Source: Camelus dromedarius (taxonomy: Eukaryota). From it: 64,000 nt of DNA. A program made the translations under genes and the position numbers. The notes beneath the pieces were generated by a model that made no database searches, had not been told where the DNA came from, and worked only from the letters and a program-made list of their open reading frames with translations. Below are positions 32,090-43,317 of this stretch, in pieces (positions within the stretch are counted from its first letter, which is position 1; every line of letters begins with the position of its first letter). The stretch lies in the NCBI RefSeq assembly GCF_036321535.1, contig NC_087449.1, forward strand, positions 51,336,001 through 51,400,000, given 5' to 3'.

Positions 32090-33456
32090 CTGGCTTAATA
32101 TAATTATAAAAATAATTATTACCATCTATTTTGTAAAACCTTTTACTTTAACTACAGAAACATGTTCATCCATGTCCATTAGTTCATTTGTTCCTCATAA
32201 AAACTTCAACAGTTGGAAAATGAGAAAAATGAGGTACAAAGAGTTTAAGCAAGTTCTCTGGGGTCATCATACAAGTGGTAGGAGAGTAGAACTCTTGTTC
32301 AGGGCTTTTTAACTTTTTAGCCATCACCTTTTAACTGAGAGGGCAATCCATCTGGTCTGGTTCTGACCTCCACCCTAAGTTTCAGTCCTACAGTCTATGC
32401 AGAAGACTCAACACCCAAAATAAAACTCATTTCCCATGGATCTAGACACATTCCCCCTTCATCCTTCAAGCCAAGGTTAAGGTTCTTTGACAAGTACAGG
32501 TTCAAACCTTAATTTCTTTTCTGACTCGTGCTTCTCTGCTTGTCTGTTTCTGCCCCTCTAGTCTAAGCACCACCCTCTTGTGTTCCTGCCTCTCATCCTT
32601 TCCCCTCCATTTCATTTCACCTAGATCCCCAGGTTAGTCTCCCTAAATCATGAGACCTTGCCCTGCTGAGGAATCTTTAAAGACTCAGATATTGCTTTAG
32701 TGCTATGCTTGGAGCACCAGGTGGCAAATGCCCCAAGGTGTTGATTCCCATTTTCCCCTTGTCCTCTACACTGCACTCTGGACGTGCCCATGCTCATTCG
32801 TACTTTCTCACCTTTCCTAACAGGGGCCTTCCTTCCTGCCTAGCTGAATTCTTGATATATTTTAAGGCTCACTTCAGTCACCATCTCCATGAAGCCTTCC
32901 TTGGCTGCACTTATCTTTTCCTCTCTGAACCCAAATATTAATTTTAATTTTTTCACAACCTTTTATTGTTGTATTTTATTCATTGAACACAAACCATAGT
33001 AAGGAGAACAATCAATTGACCCTGATTCAGAAATGACATAGATGATAGACTCAGAAGTGAATGACATTAAAAGTTATTATAACAGTATTCTGTATGTCCA
33101 AAAGTTAAGCAGAGACATGGAAGACATAAAAAGATCCTAAGTGAACATCTTGACAATATCTAAGATGACAAATAAACTGGATGGGATTAATAATAGATTA
33201 GATATTGCAAATGCAATGGTTAGTGAATTTGATGGCATAGCAAAAAAACCAAAATGGAACACACAGAGAAAAAAATTTTATGTGAAAATAGCATTAGTGA
33301 GCTATGAAATAACTTTAATAAGTAGCCTACTCTACAGGTAATTGGAGATCCCAAAACAAGGAGGAACTGGAGATAGAAAATATTTAAAGAAATAATGGTC
33401 AAAAAAAAAAAAAAAGAAAGAATGGTCAAAATATTCAGACTATAAACCTATGGATC

Positions 33457-33842
33457 TGTGATTAATTTTATGCATCAATTTGGCTAGACTATACTGCCCT
33501 GTTGTTTGGTCAATCACCAGTCTAGATGTTGCTGTGAGTCATTTTTTAGATATACTAACTTTTAAATCAGTAGACTTTGAGGAAAGCATATGACCCTTTA
33601 TAATATGAGTGGGCCTCATCCAATCAGTTGAAGGCTTTAAGAGAAGGAATTCTGCCAAGACTGCCTCTGGATTCAAGACTGCAACATCAGCTCTTACTGG
33701 AATTTCCAGTCTGCTGTCTGGCCCTACATATTTTAGGCTTTCCAGTCCCCACCACCACATGAGCCAATTCCTTAAAATAAATCTCTATCTACACACATAC
33801 ATCCTACTAGTTCTGTTTCTCTAGAGAACCCTGACCCATACA
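33457..33842 (+). mobile_element. MLT2-type ERVL solo LTR inserted in L1
   Basis: TGTG...TTAATTTTATG start, GGGCCTCATCCAATCAGTTGAAGG, end CTCTAGAGAACCCTGAC...TACA. Confidence 0.82.
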
Positions 33843-34317
33843 AAATCTAAGAAGCTCAAGGAACTCCGAGCATAAGAAACAAGGTACATCAAAATCAAAT
33901 TGCTCAAAACCAACGATAGAGAATCTTAAAAGCAATCAGAAGAAAGACGTTACGTACAGAGGAACAAGATAAGGATACAATGCAACATCTTATGTACAGA
34001 AGAACAAAGACAAAGATACAATGCCAACAAGAACGGAGCAACATCTCTAATGTGCTCCAGTAAAATTGTATCTAGAAAAGTATATCAAGGAAAAACTGTT
34101 CACAAATGAAGGGGAAATTAAAGCATTTTCAGACATGCAAAAGCTGAAAGAATTCATCACCAGCAGACCCATCATAAAAGAAATGTTAAAGGAATACTTT
34201 TGTATGGAAGGAAAGTGATAGCAAAGTGATAGCAGGTGAGAATCTGGATCTATAGGAAGGAGTGAAGAGCATTGGAAATGTAACCACGTGGGTAAATATA
34301 TAAGATTTTTTCTTTTT

Positions 34318-34337
34318 TGCGGGCGGAGGTAATTAGG
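34318..34337 (-). mobile_element. 20-nt SINE 3' stub with 17-bp TSD
   Basis: Insert reads CCTAATTACCTCCGCCCGCA on the minus strand; TAAGATTTTTTCTTTTT at 34301-34317 and 34338-34354. Confidence 0.8.
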
Positions 34338-34547
34338 TAAGATTTTTTCTTTTTACAAAACTTTAAAAAAGATAATTGCCAGTTTAAACAAAAATACTAA
34401 GGTATTGTGGATTTTATAACATATATAAAAAGTAAAATACATGACAACAATAACAAAGACTATGGGGTGAGAAATATAAGATTATTATATTAAGTGAAGT
34501 AGTATATCATCAATTGAACTTAGACTCTGATAGTTAAAGGTGTATAC

Positions 34548-34815
34548 GATGAGATAAACAAGTTTATACTGTATGGCATAGGGAACTATATTCAATATCT
34601 TATAGTAACTTATGGTTAAAAAGAATATGAAAATGAATATATGTATGTTCCTATATGACTGAAGTACTGCTCTGTACACCAGAAATTGACACATCGTAAA
34701 CTGACTATACTCCAATAAAAATATATTAAAAAATAATAACTGAATCACTTTGCTGTACACCTGAAACTAACATTGTAAATCAACTATACGTCAATTAAAA
34801 ATTTTTTTTAAATGA
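34548..34815 (+). mobile_element. Artiodactyl-type L1 3' end carrying two successive terminal segments
   Basis: GGGAACTATATTCAATATCTT...CTGTACACCAGAAATTGACAC...AATAAAA, then ACTGAATCACTTTGCTGTACACCTGAAACTAAC...A-tail. Confidence 0.75.
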
Positions 34816-35136
34816 AAAAAAAAAAAGACGTATATGTGAATCCCCAAAATGACCACCAAACCAAAAATAACAAAATAGTTATGGCTAAAAGCCAACAAAG
34901 ATAAGATGGAATCAGGAAAAGATACTGAATTAAAAAAAAAAGGCAGAAAAAGAGTACAAAAGGAACAAAGAGCAGTTGAAACAAAAATAGAAAACAAATA
35001 CCAAGATAAGACTCAATCATATAAAAATAAATGTGTTTTAAACACTTCAATTAAAAGGCAGAGATTGTCATAATATACAGAAAAAGCAAGACCCAAGTAC
35101 ACACTGCTTACAAGAAATACATGTTAAATATAAGTA

Positions 35137-35499
35137 CAGTTGACACTTGAACAACACAGGTTTTTTGAAAAAATTATTTTATTTTACTTTATTTTTTGGT
35201 GGGGGGAGGTAATTAGGTTTATTTAATTGCGGAGGAGGTACTGGGGATTGATCCCAGGACCTTGTGTATGCTAAGCATGTGCTCTACCACTTGAGCTGTA
35301 CCCTCCCCCTGAACAACACAGGTTTGAACTGTGCAAGTTCACTTATACTCAGATTGTTTTCAATAGATATGTACGTACTTCAGTACTGCACGATCTGAGG
35401 CTGGTTGAACCCATGGATGCAGAACTGCAGATAGAGGGCTGACTGTGAAGTTATCTCTGGATTTTCAACAGCACCCCCATGTTGTACAAGGATCAACCT
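35137..35499 (+). mobile_element. Tigger-family (TcMar) MITE, TA-flanked
   Basis: Left TIR CAGTTGACACTTGAACAAC, right TIR GTTGTACAAGGATCAACC; TA on both sides. Confidence 0.8.
35164..35309 (-). mobile_element. Camelid SINE inserted in a Tigger-type MITE, 16-bp TSD
   Basis: TGAACAACACAGGTTT at 35148-35163 and 35310-35325. Confidence 0.92.
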
Positions 35500-36182
35500 T
35501 ATACAAATAGGTTAAACATAAAAAGATAGAAAAAGACATACTCTGATGACACTAGTCAAAATAAAGCCAGAGCAGCTATATGAATGGCAAGGTAGATTTC
35601 AGAGCAAAGAATATTGTTGAGACAAAGAAGGTAAGTTCATGCTAAAGGAGTCAATTAATTAAAATGCACAATCCTAAACATATGCAACTAATTACAGAGC
35701 TTCAAAATACATGAAGCAAAAAAACTGATAGAACTTCTGGAAGAAACAGAACTTCTATCTACAACTACAGCTGGAGATTCCAATATCCCACTCTCAGTAT
35801 TACTGACAGGACAGGTAGGGAGAAAACCAGCAAGGATAGAGTAGACTTGAACAACACTTTCAATCAATTTGAGCTGATTGACATTTATAGAACCCCTCAC
35901 ATTTCTTCACACTCTAACTTGATTTCATTTTCAAACATCAGTAACATACTCATTCCTTTCACGTGCACATGAAATATTTACCAAGATAGGCCAGATTCTG
36001 GGTAGAACAAGTCTCAGTAAACTTAAGAGGATTCAAGCATATGGACTGAGGCCACAATGGAATGAAAGTAGAAACCAATAGCAGAAAGATCTTTGGAAAA
36101 CTCCCAAATGCTTAAAAACTAACACACTTTTAAGTAGCCCACAGATCAAAGAAGAAATCAAAAGGGAATTTGAAAGTATTTT

Positions 36183-36353
36183 GGTTTTGTTTTTGGTTTA
36201 TTTTTAATTGAAGCACAGTTAATTTATAATGTTGTTAGTTTCTGGTATATAGCATAGTGATTTAGTTATGCATATATATATTCTTTTTCATTATAGGTTT
36301 TTATAAGATATTGAATGTAGTTCCCTGTGCTATGTATTAGAACCTTGTTGTTA
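36183..36353 (-). mobile_element. L1 3' stub with 18-bp TSD (one mismatch)
   Basis: GGAATTTGAAAGT(A/G)TTTT at 36165-36182 and 36354-36371. Confidence 0.85.
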
Positions 36354-39138
36354 GGAATTTGAAAGTGTTTTGAACTGAATTAAAATAAAAAAAATAACAT
36401 AGCAGAACTTGTGGAATATTGTTAAAGCAGTATTTGGGGGAAACTCATAGCACTAAATGCCTAAACTATGGGGAAAAAAAAGAAAGGTCTCAAATCAATG
36501 ACCTCAGGTTCTATCTTAGTAAACTAGGAAAAGAAGAGCAAACTAAACTCAGCGTAAACAGAAGAAAGGAAATACTAAAGATCTAAAGAGAAATCAATGA
36601 AACAGAACACAGAAAAATAATGAAGTCATCAACCAGTGTTTGCTATGTACCAGGCACAGTACTAGGTACTGAGCACACATCTATGGTCCCATTCGTTGAG
36701 GATCCCCCAACTAGTAGGTTAGATGGACATTACCTGGAAAATAATCACTTCAGAATTCTAATATCATGATCATGATGGAATGTTCAAGGTACCCACCCTG
36801 CCTTTGAGAGGCCATTCTGGATGCTTAGGGGGAGGGGAGGGGAGGATGGTGGTTGAGTACAGGCTCTTAAGATGCAGACCTTTAAGTCCTATTCTGTGAC
36901 CTTGGGCAAATAATCTAACCTTGATTGTCTTTTCTATAACATGGTTGTAATAAAAGTCTCTGCACTGCATATGATTGTTGGTAAGGATGAAAGAATATCT
37001 AACACATGGCAAATCCTCATCAAGTGTCAGATACTATCATAAAGACATCGGTTCCATCCTTCTGAGGGAAAGACATGCACAAAGACAGAAAGCAGTGAAA
37101 GACAGAGGAACAACCAGGGAAGGGCTGTCGCTCCCCAGGAAACTGTACTCATGTCCATTTTAGTATTTTCAAGTCAAGTCAAGCTAGGCACATAGCAGAT
37201 ATATAATTCATTACAACTGAAACCGAGTTTTTATGGTGCAGTGGGTATTGCTAATTAGCTGAATTACAAGAGTTCAGTGCTTTAAACCAGGAATAGCTAT
37301 TTCTCAAGGCATGGTATGATGTAGCGTTGAGTATAGGTTCTGTAGTCAATTGCACAGATGAATGCCACTTACTGGCTGTGTAACTTAAGCAAGTTCAATG
37401 CCTTCAACTTGTTTCATCTGCAAAAATGGGCAGGGCAGACTACCCACTTCGCAGAGGTGCAAGGAGTATTAGATGAGATAATGTACATATCTTACCACAC
37501 TGCCTTGCTCAAAGCTAGTACGTGGTCTTGGAGTTAGGTTTAAATTCTAGTTCTGCTACTTACTAGTTAGATGATCTTGGCGATACTAAGCTCCCTGAAT
37601 CACCCTCTTTTTAACTCCCCTGGATAGGTAGGGTTCTGAGTGAGATAAGCCTGGTTTAGTGGATCATTTATCTATGGTGGTGGACTTTATTGAATAAATT
37701 TACTGGATACTATATTCCTCGTCTGCTTTTAAGAGAATTTTCTCACAAGCTCATCGTATTATGAGACTGTAAGCAGCTTTTTACAAGTATTAACTAATTC
37801 TCATTAGAACTCCAAGAGGTAGGTACTTTTATCCCCATTCAATGCGTGAGGAAACTGAGGCAGAGGTTAAGTAGCTTGCTCAAGACCACAGGGACTGCAA
37901 GTGTTGGCATCAGACTGTCACGCTTGGTCAACTGACTTGACTACAGGCATACATACAGAAAAAAGCCAGGAGAGCAGGTTTGTAAAGTCTACAGGTAGAT
38001 ATGGTGCAATCTGAAGTTTAGCTGAAAGGGTGGGACATAGAATACATGCTGACAGCTTTCCTTCAGGTATACTTCCATATCAGGAGATACTGTTTTTCAC
38101 CTACCACCCAGCCCTACCCTGAGAATTTGTTCTAAAAACACTATTCAGGCTTTTTGCATCTACTCTCCAAAGACAGTGTTTATGTGGTAATGATACCAGG
38201 TGAGCTAGACACAGGGATAATCCTGGGGACGCAAAGATAAACAGGACCCTGCTTTGTACGTGTCCACCCCCAAGGAAGTGTCCCATCAATTTATGCAGAG
38301 GCCCATCTTCCTAGTTGTAGATCTGGGCAATTATGTAGCCTTTCTTTCTGGGTTTTCCCATCAAAACAGACCAATATCCACCTCACAGAGCAGAGTAATA
38401 TATGCCAAATGTTTTGAAGAACCTGGCACACGTCACTACTTGTTTTGGGAAATAACTCCCGAGACACAGTGCTACTTGTAACAATCCAACAAGTTCTCCC
38501 AGGTTTTTGTCCAATAATCACAGACACAAGTACTCCTATTCCCACATAAACTCTTGGCTTTGAGCACTTTGCAGTCCATCTGGACATCCCACGTGACCAC
38601 CAAAACCAACCCCCCGAATCTTCCCCTAAGGGTGACCCCAATGGCTTCTAAATGCCTTTTCTACCTCCCCACCTTGTGAAATTCACTTAGCCACATCAGA
38701 GATTTAAACTCTTACCTTCTAGATGGTTCCCCGCTAGTCCCCATCCTTCAGGGCCTTGATTTCCCCAAGGCTGGCAGCCTGTACAAGGGCTTGACAAAAA
38801 GTTCTATTGTGACTCAACCACACCCCTTGGACACAGGCAGCAGAGGCTTAACCTAACAAGTGGTAACATTTATACAAAATCTTGTAGTTGCCAATGTCAA
38901 TTTGCCATCAAGGTTAGGTCTGACCAGCAGATTTCCCGTATCAGTGGCCTACTGCATGAAGTCCGGAATACCACACCTTAAATCATTAGACAGGTACCTT
39001 AAGCATATCCACCTTTGAATTATCATCCAACAGAAATGAAAACAGGGCTTACCCAAGGAGCTTTTATCTGGGCCCTAACCAAAAAGCATTTTCCCAAGTG
39101 ATGGTAAAGTGTCAATCTCAGACAAGAGCTCAGGGCCT

Positions 39139-39265
39139 TTTATTGTGGAACTAACCAGGCATTAACTGCTTTAACAAGCAGTTCCATTCACATAATACTC
39201 ACTCAGCAGTCACATTTGCACATAAAAAAAGGAACCACACAAGTATGTATACTATCATCTTTATT
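39139..39265 (-). terminator. Candidate SNHG3 polyadenylation signals (AATAAA at 39260-39265 and 39139-39144)
   Basis: TTTATT on the + strand, 0.4-0.5 kb past the exon 3 donor. Confidence 0.45.
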
Positions 39266-39666
39266 TATGAGTACATTAGAAACTGACATGGATTTCTTTT
39301 AATAGGACATTTAGGTTCTCATGGGCATCTGCTTTTCACTCACTGTTAGAAAATACCACTTCAGAATGGTAAAAAAAAAAAAAAAAGGCTAAGTAGTATA
39401 TTAGTGTTATCATGACAAGGTTCCAATTCATAGGAAACGTGGAAAGGTCTCTGGGCCTCCTAGGTCAAGACTATACTGTTTTAACAGACCTGCCCACACA
39501 CCAGTATCATTTGGAAATCCTTAAAAATTTCAGTGGGCCCCTGGGCAACAGAACCACCTATTACTCTGCTGGGTTTTAAGGTGCAGTTCTAGGGTAAACA
39601 CTGTGCCCAAACATTTTCAGGCCGTCCAGGCTTTATCTTCCAAAAATAGTGTATTACTCACTTTAC

Positions 39667-39740
39667 CAACTCTCCCTGCCAAATAAAGGACCCCAAAGCA
39701 TTAGCGTTAACTGCAAAATTAGCGAGGCTCCTCTTCTCTC
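39667..39740 (-). ncRNA. SNHG3: SNHG3 exon 3 (74 nt to the internal donor used for splicing on to RCC1; otherwise extends as terminal exon)
   Basis: TCTTTTTTATTCAG|GAGAGAAGAG acceptor, TTG|GTAAAG donor. Resembles the recalled human RCC1/SNHG3 leader exon GAGAGAAG...GGGTCCTTTAT...GGGAGAGTAG. Confidence 0.8.
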
Positions 39741-39814
39741 CTGAATAAAAAAGACAAAGAAAGAATTAGACTCATATTTACTATCTTAACTTCAACTGTA
39801 AATTCTGGCATACT

Positions 39815-40019
39815 AGATGTTCCCTGCATGGTTTGTCTCCCCAGTCATTGTCCACAGGACTCTGAGAAGCTGTAGGAATATGCAGGTGCAGACTCAAGGC
39901 CCGGCTTCATCTCCAACGTTGTGGAAAGGGACTGTACATCACGGGGCAGAGCCCTATGCTCCCCTACGCCACCTGGACAGAGCCCGGGGAGAGTGACCTC
40001 CCGGGGTATCCACGTTGGA
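39815..40019 (-). ncRNA. SNORA73B: SNORA73 / U17 H/ACA snoRNA, copy in second intron (U17b-like), 205 nt
   Basis: Starts TCCAACGTGGATACCCCGGGAGG. Same ATATTCCTA and AAACCAT motifs; ends ACA-TCT. Six differences from the other copy. Confidence 0.96.
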
Positions 40020-40632
40020 ATGTGTTTTAACACCATTACCCCTATTTTCAAGAGATTTCACTTTTCCTCATACCCTACACAGATTTGAGGAAAGGAAGCT
40101 CACCATGATCAGCAACTTTTAAAATAAATTCTAAAGTCACTGCTACTATTTTGTGCTTCATGTATTTTAATTACTGTCATTCATCACAGAAGTAGGCTGG
40201 TGCACAAGCCCAACTTCACTCCCATTGTGGGAAGGTTTTATACAAGAGATCAAACCCTTAGCTCCCTTGGATAGACCGTGGGGGAGGTGGTACATACAAT
40301 GTATGGCTCATGTGACAGCTTTTGACTTTCGTTAAGCCACCAAAACAGTCAAAATCATTCCATTTTCAAAATACAAATTTCTCTCCATCACAATTAAAAA
40401 TGTGAGAATCAGTTTTACGATACAGGAACAAAATTAAAAAGCCATCTTTCAGAATATAACCAGACATCTAAGAAATTGTAAATATGCTCACAAAAATGTA
40501 GTAGTCTTTGGATGCATTATACATCAGTAGCATCTTCATGAAAGGAACCCAGTTCAGAAAGATCAAACCTCTTATACAAAACACCGACAGGCAAACACTG
40601 ACAAGCCAAAAGCAATGTGTAGATTTACTTAC

Positions 40633-40666
40633 CCCAAATCAAGCTATCCCGAATCCCGAATGAACA
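40633..40666 (-). ncRNA. SNHG3: SNHG3 exon 2 (34-nt mini-exon between the two snoRNAs)
   Basis: CCTTCTTTTACAG acceptor and GGG|GTAAGT donor; separates the two U17 copies into different introns. Confidence 0.85.
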
Positions 40667-40775
40667 CTGTAAAAGAAGGCAGGTAAGAGCTTAATCTACG
40701 ACTACAGTAAAACTGAGTAAAGCAAATTTTTCCTGTATTTCAGTTCAACCCAGATCCAGATAGGTTGCTCTACAG

Positions 40776-40980
40776 AGCTGTTTCCTGCATGGTTTGTCTC
40801 CCCAGTCACTGTCCACAGGACTCTGAGAAGCTGTAGGAATATGCAGGCGCTGACTCAAGGCCCGGCTTCATCTCCAACGTTGTGGAAAGGGACTGTACAT
40901 CACGGGGCAGAGCCCTATGCTCCCCTACGCCACCTGGACAGAGCCCGGGGAGAGTGACCTCCCGGGGTATCCACGTTGGT
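40776..40980 (-). ncRNA. SNORA73A: SNORA73 / U17 H/ACA snoRNA, copy in first intron (U17a-like), 205 nt
   Basis: Starts ACCAACGTGGATACCCCGGGAGGTCAC. Contains the 18S-pairing motifs ATATTCCTA and AAACCAT, and an ACA box 3 nt from the end. A/B naming is by position only. Confidence 0.96.
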
Positions 40981-41349
40981 CACTATACTTGAGAAACTTC
41001 ACCCAGTTGATAGCTGCTTCGGAGAGATATCTATAAGGGAGTAGACCCAAAACACCTGGAGTGTCAACAAAAAAATCCCAGTCCAAGACCGATAATCAGA
41101 CACACATTAGTAATCTGAATTTTCAGCTAGGTCTCCAAAGAAAACATCTAGAAACCCCAACAGGCGATGAACTTCCTGCCAAAGAAATAGCGAGTGTACA
41201 GTCGTTACAGCAATTAAAGCTTCTATCTTTAATCCTATCATCTGGAATAGGAAAACCACCTCAAAAGATAAAACAACTCGCATAACTAAAGCATCCGTTT
41301 CTAAACCACTAAAACTTTTAAACAAAACCAGGAACAAAATACCCTGCAT

Positions 41350-41960
41350 GCAACTCCACTTAAAGCGCCATCGCGCCTCCTAGGAGCAGCATTATACATG
41401 CCGCAATAAACAGTAACGAAGACGAACGCTGCGCAGGATGCCAACCCTGCAAGCCGGGGAGTTTCGGCACTAGCGCGCCTTGGTTACCGAGACTCACGGC
41501 CCATGAGGCCTCCCCGGCCCACACCCGACCCTGCCTCATTTTGCGAGTAAGTGTAGTTACCACGGACGCAAAAGATTCGGAATCATTCTAAACAGTAGAT
41601 TCCAACGGAAAAAGCTGGTTGGGGTACCCGGGGTAGAAGACCTAGAGTTAACGAAGCAGGCGGTTAGGAAAACTTACCAAACACGCCACAGCAGGCGCAG
41701 CAGTCTTTCCCCAAAAGGCCGGAGAAACCGGAGGCATCGATATTTATACCTTCTATACGCGGAAGTCAAGGAACGTCTATTGCGCCTGCACTGCGTCATG
41801 CGCAATTAGGGAATCAGATTCGCTAAGGGTGCTGGGAATCTCCTGCAAGTTAAGCCCCACCCCTACCTGGCTCAGAGGCAACTCGCGATACTAGAGACTT
41901 CGCGCGGGATCTTGCGGGAGAGCGCGAGTTACAGAAACTCCGTTTTTTAAAGTATTTAGG
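41350..41960. promoter_or_regulatory. CpG-rich promoter of SNHG3 / SNHG3-RCC1 read-through transcript
   Basis: CpG enrichment. Minus-strand TATAAATA at 41748-41741, pyrimidine start CCTTTT at 41718-41713, GGAAGT (ETS/YY1-like) at ~41761, GCGC/ATGCGC motifs at 41781-41804. Confidence 0.85.
41678..41717 (-). ncRNA. SNHG3: SNHG3 (U17HG) exon 1; 5' end approximate, longer starts up to ~41815 possible
   Basis: Strong donor TTTG|GTAAGT at 41677; TOP-like CTTTT about 31 nt downstream of the TATA box; position upstream of the U17 introns. Confidence 0.8.
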
Positions 41961-42275
41961 AGGGTAGTTGTGTGCTGTATTTTATATTTATGTCTCTACG
42001 GTCACTTCACCAATCTGGAGAATATAGCATTAAATAAAGTCGCCAAAAACCCTTTGGAGTAATAAATATACAGAATAGAAAAAGAGATATGCAACCTCAA
42101 AAGGGGTTGAATCTGCCCTGTCACGTGTGAAATAAACATTTGATAAATGCGTTGGTAAGTCAGACGGAAGTGCTGAAGTGTACACTTAAAAATGGTTACA
42201 CTGGTGAATTTTATGTTGAGTTTAACACTTACAAACACCTAATTTAAAGAAGGCAAGTAAAAAATCCTGAAGATA

Positions 42276-42390
42276 GGGGAGGGTATAGCTCTGTGGTCTT
42301 GGGTTCTATTCCCAGTACCTCCAGTAAGAAAATAAGTAAATAAACCTAATTACCTCCTCAAAAAGTTTTAAAAATTAATAGAAAAAAATT
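42276..42390 (+). mobile_element. Camelid SINE with internal deletion
   Basis: GGGGAGGGTATAGCTC joined to TGGGTTCTATTCCCAGTACC; tail AACCTAATTACCTCC; approximate TSD AAAA(T/C)CCTGAAG. Confidence 0.85.
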
Positions 42391-42609
42391 AAAACCCTGA
42401 AGGTAAATATTACATGTGAAATGTTGAAATTGGGATAGAATTTCGAACAAGTGTTAGATAAATTGACAGCCATCACAACTCGGCTATAACGAATAGAAAC
42501 ATTTTTGGTGTTTCTCCCGTAACATTTTGTGCTGGGTATTTTACATACTTTAGCATCACAGCAATTCTAAGACATTGGTATTATTAAGATTTAGATGTGA
42601 AACAGGTCC

Positions 42610-43317
42610 AGCAGTAGTTCTCAAAAAGTGTAGTTGGCAGATTCTGGGGTCCCTGAGACTTTTTGGGGGGCTATGAGGTCAAAAGTATTTCATAATAATA
42701 CTTAGATGTTTTCTGACTTTTTCACTGTATTGACTCTGCACTGATGTTATAAAATGAAATTGTGCTGTGAACTGCTGTTGCCTTAGTATGTTTCAAGGCC
42801 CTGTTGTCATTGTCTTCTTGATCAACACAAATTTACAATTAAAAAAAAAAGTCAGTTTCACCGAAGAATTGTCCTTCATGAAGAAGTAAAAATCATTAAT
42901 GTTACTAATTCTTGCCTTTTGAGTATCCATCTCTTTAATATTTTGTGACAAAGTAAGAAGTACACATAAAGCACTTAGGCTGCATGCAAAGGTACAGTGC
43001 TTATCTCCAGGAAAAGCACGTATACCATTGTTTGAGTTGTGTGCTGAAAAAGCCACATTTTTTTCATGGAATATCATTTTACTTGAAAGAATGGCTAACA
43101 TCTTTACCAACTATATATCTCTGTGGGACTGGATTTTCTTCATTTATTTAAACCAAAACAGCTTATAGTAACAGACTGAATCCAAAAGTAGATATGAGAA
43201 CTGAGTTGTCTTCTATTAAACCAGACATTAAAGTGATTTGCAAAAAAAAAAAAAAAAAAAAAAGTAAAACAAGGCCACTCTTCTCACTAATTATTTTTGG
43301 AAAATAGTTATTTTTCA
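42610..43317 (+). mobile_element. Charlie1-type hAT element, 3' end lost
   Basis: CAGTAGTTCTCAAAAAGTG...GGGGTCCCTGAGAC...GAGGTCAAAAGTATTTCATAATAATAC. Confidence 0.7.

Larger units (their letters stand above)
32990..36620 (+). mobile_element. Old fragmented L1 (ORF1 end to ORF2 endonuclease region) hosting nested insertions; ends approximate
   Basis: Decayed L1 ORF1/ORF2-like sequence, e.g. GACATTTATAGAAC and CCAAGATAGGCCAGATTCTGGG. Confidence 0.8.

Noticed and set aside
31880-32090. Idea that the RCC1 leader cassette exon is an exonised L2
   Set aside because: An L2 fragment lies nearby (~31460-31590), but I could not match the exon itself to L2 with confidence; needs a Dfam search.
41002-41055. 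Possible additional SNHG3 mini-exon just upstream of the first U17
   Set aside because: The donor GTGAAG is weak and would leave only ~21 nt before the snoRNA.
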